Assembly: GCA_937929875.1 (NCBI GenBank)
Contig: CALFUP010000014.1
Span: 1 to 50,313, forward strand
Source: an uncultured Cocleimonas sp.
Lineage (GTDB): Bacteria; Pseudomonadota; Gammaproteobacteria; Thiotrichales; Thiotrichaceae
Direction: 5' to 3'
Length of the DNA: 50,313 nucleotides
Shown: positions 50,101-50,313 of the stretch, in pieces
How the letters are laid out: the number at the start of each line of letters is the position of its first letter
Numbering within the stretch: the first letter of the stretch is position 1
Position numbers and translations under genes: made by a program
The notes under the pieces: generated by a model
Database searches by the model: none
Told to the model about the DNA's origin: nothing
Seen by the model: only the letters and a program-made list of their open reading frames with translations

Positions 50101-50313
50101 GCGGCCCAAGACCTGACCCTCAACGGCGCTACCGTCTCAGTTGCTAGTGGCACCAGTGCCTTTAGCGGCACCAACTTAGTCTTTAGTGTGAGTGAGTTTG
50201 TTGAACTGCGGGGCGACTTCAGCTTCAGCCGAACCGGTGAGGACAGTGATACTGAAATTCAAATAGGGGCCGTCAATGTATCTGCCTTTATCGGGAACAA
50301 TGAAGGCACCGCC
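47155..50313 (+). CDS. N-terminal part of a giant LEPR-XLL (Planctomycete-extracellular-type leader) protein; 3'-truncated and missing from the ORF track
   Basis: Hand-translated 1,053 codons with no stop: MSQSDNQFKLDQLEQILLLSADP..., an acidic linker, 'FSPGNSPG...GTLIIDVEG...YDLIEVSGSVSLNGTL', then beta repeats of the kind seen at ~1900-3800. Confidence 0.9.
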   Translation, partial: MSQSDNQFKLDQLEQILLLSADPLLDLGNNLDKKDHELNITSINIQTESVSNNIDLISEDFNEDDIFSDLLDESENIHLTPDEELNTDLIIIDENDTLSGTGTSNATVINDGIFSPGNSPGYQSHDNFTQSSSGTLIIDVEGNTPATQTDTNNKYDLIEVSGSVSLNGTLDIDTNNINFTPTLGESYEFITASSITGDFQTFKDLYIGEGLYFKPVKTDTSYSLVVTELPYLSAWVDVQNSIDSFSNIQNIDDVLSVFSNKITTVTVNGVSLDIEGQSISGDFTISSVVSNNGVDGYLLTTSNLETTLGSSSTGISFENGSGSLFLTNDGFVGNISGDITLGSGVNDLSIVSTNNNLIINSLNSDINDNVEVNGTTHDFNVSKNTFEIQSTAIVTVTDFVKVSGSFVFKSVTQGVFATGNNVDVVMGIDSAAHVKILNAALYSFVTADGDLAIDASGEASISSGSNNDLSLSSSTSNAAGTLALQYNSTGLALNENVGGHFFVLANNVKKIQATDLKLTFSEFISVTGSFTFEYDSVDSTHQQILISGSSVSILLEVNGIGLQISNADFGLALFNTNGSDSGYVFKTANGSVELVGLNDITVNSGTGVAEINNTGAAISSLIVGGIDLSLASDVKHISLTSLIFVVSDFVTINANFSVTKINNKILATSSGSSASFKVGNNTATINNVTIGWLINSNGYAIYANGDLSLSGTSVLDFSIENALIKINKTNSIVSESFSNGINLSFIAGQENYYSIYSESVSLNVLNIFTLEAEEIYFEKNNDGTNSKTLITIRDANIFLGVTTNGNKIGIGASIVNLGIVIYDNNTGLAISSGMGSVQTFGLSGSFYFYGSLGLNINTTGKVVDESFNDISISYGDTSDVIIILGQLSIRVSSFVTLSGSFSFDKQGSPGSTVIIINTLNANIFMGNPELSVQALNINLSATIYLSSGNFAFAATASDYYINGLPWLTLSGGSLEIQYNNTSAAQDLTLNGATVSVASGTSAFSGTNLVFSVSEFVELRGDFSFSRTGEDSDTEIQIGAVNVSAFIGNNEGTA

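Overview
This window looks like most of a small iteron-type plasmid, probably from a Gammaproteobacterium (inferred from the GlyGly-CTERM tail and the TolC/Lol-type signals), opened inside a giant gene. About 38 kb (~75%) is one + strand operon of three giant surface proteins. The first is a LEPR-XLL-leader beta-rich protein: its N-terminus is an unlisted ORF at 47155 that runs off the right edge, and its C-terminal part is 1-15639 (>=6,265 aa if joined). The second is a 3,064-aa lipoprotein with 20 PKD/Ig repeats and an LVIVD propeller. The third is a 3,336-aa Sec/GlyGly-CTERM protein with cadherin-like and HYR-like repeats. Converging on them is a five-gene, type I-like export operon with no ABC transporter: TolC, a free adaptor (MFP), a GAF-MFP, a PqqD-like/M50 protease/MFP fusion and a C-terminally truncated SecA. 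The GAF-MFP gene is split by a frameshift at an A9 run (A_AAA_AAG). The ~3.7 kb backbone holds a tyrosine recombinase with a 17-6-17 palindromic site, a ParA/ParG-type pair with three ACTC-box centromere arrays, and an RPA-family Rep with four 22-bp iterons, IHF sites and DnaA boxes. No conjugation, toxin-antitoxin, rRNA, tRNA or CRISPR features were seen. All family calls come from motifs read by eye; no database searches were run.
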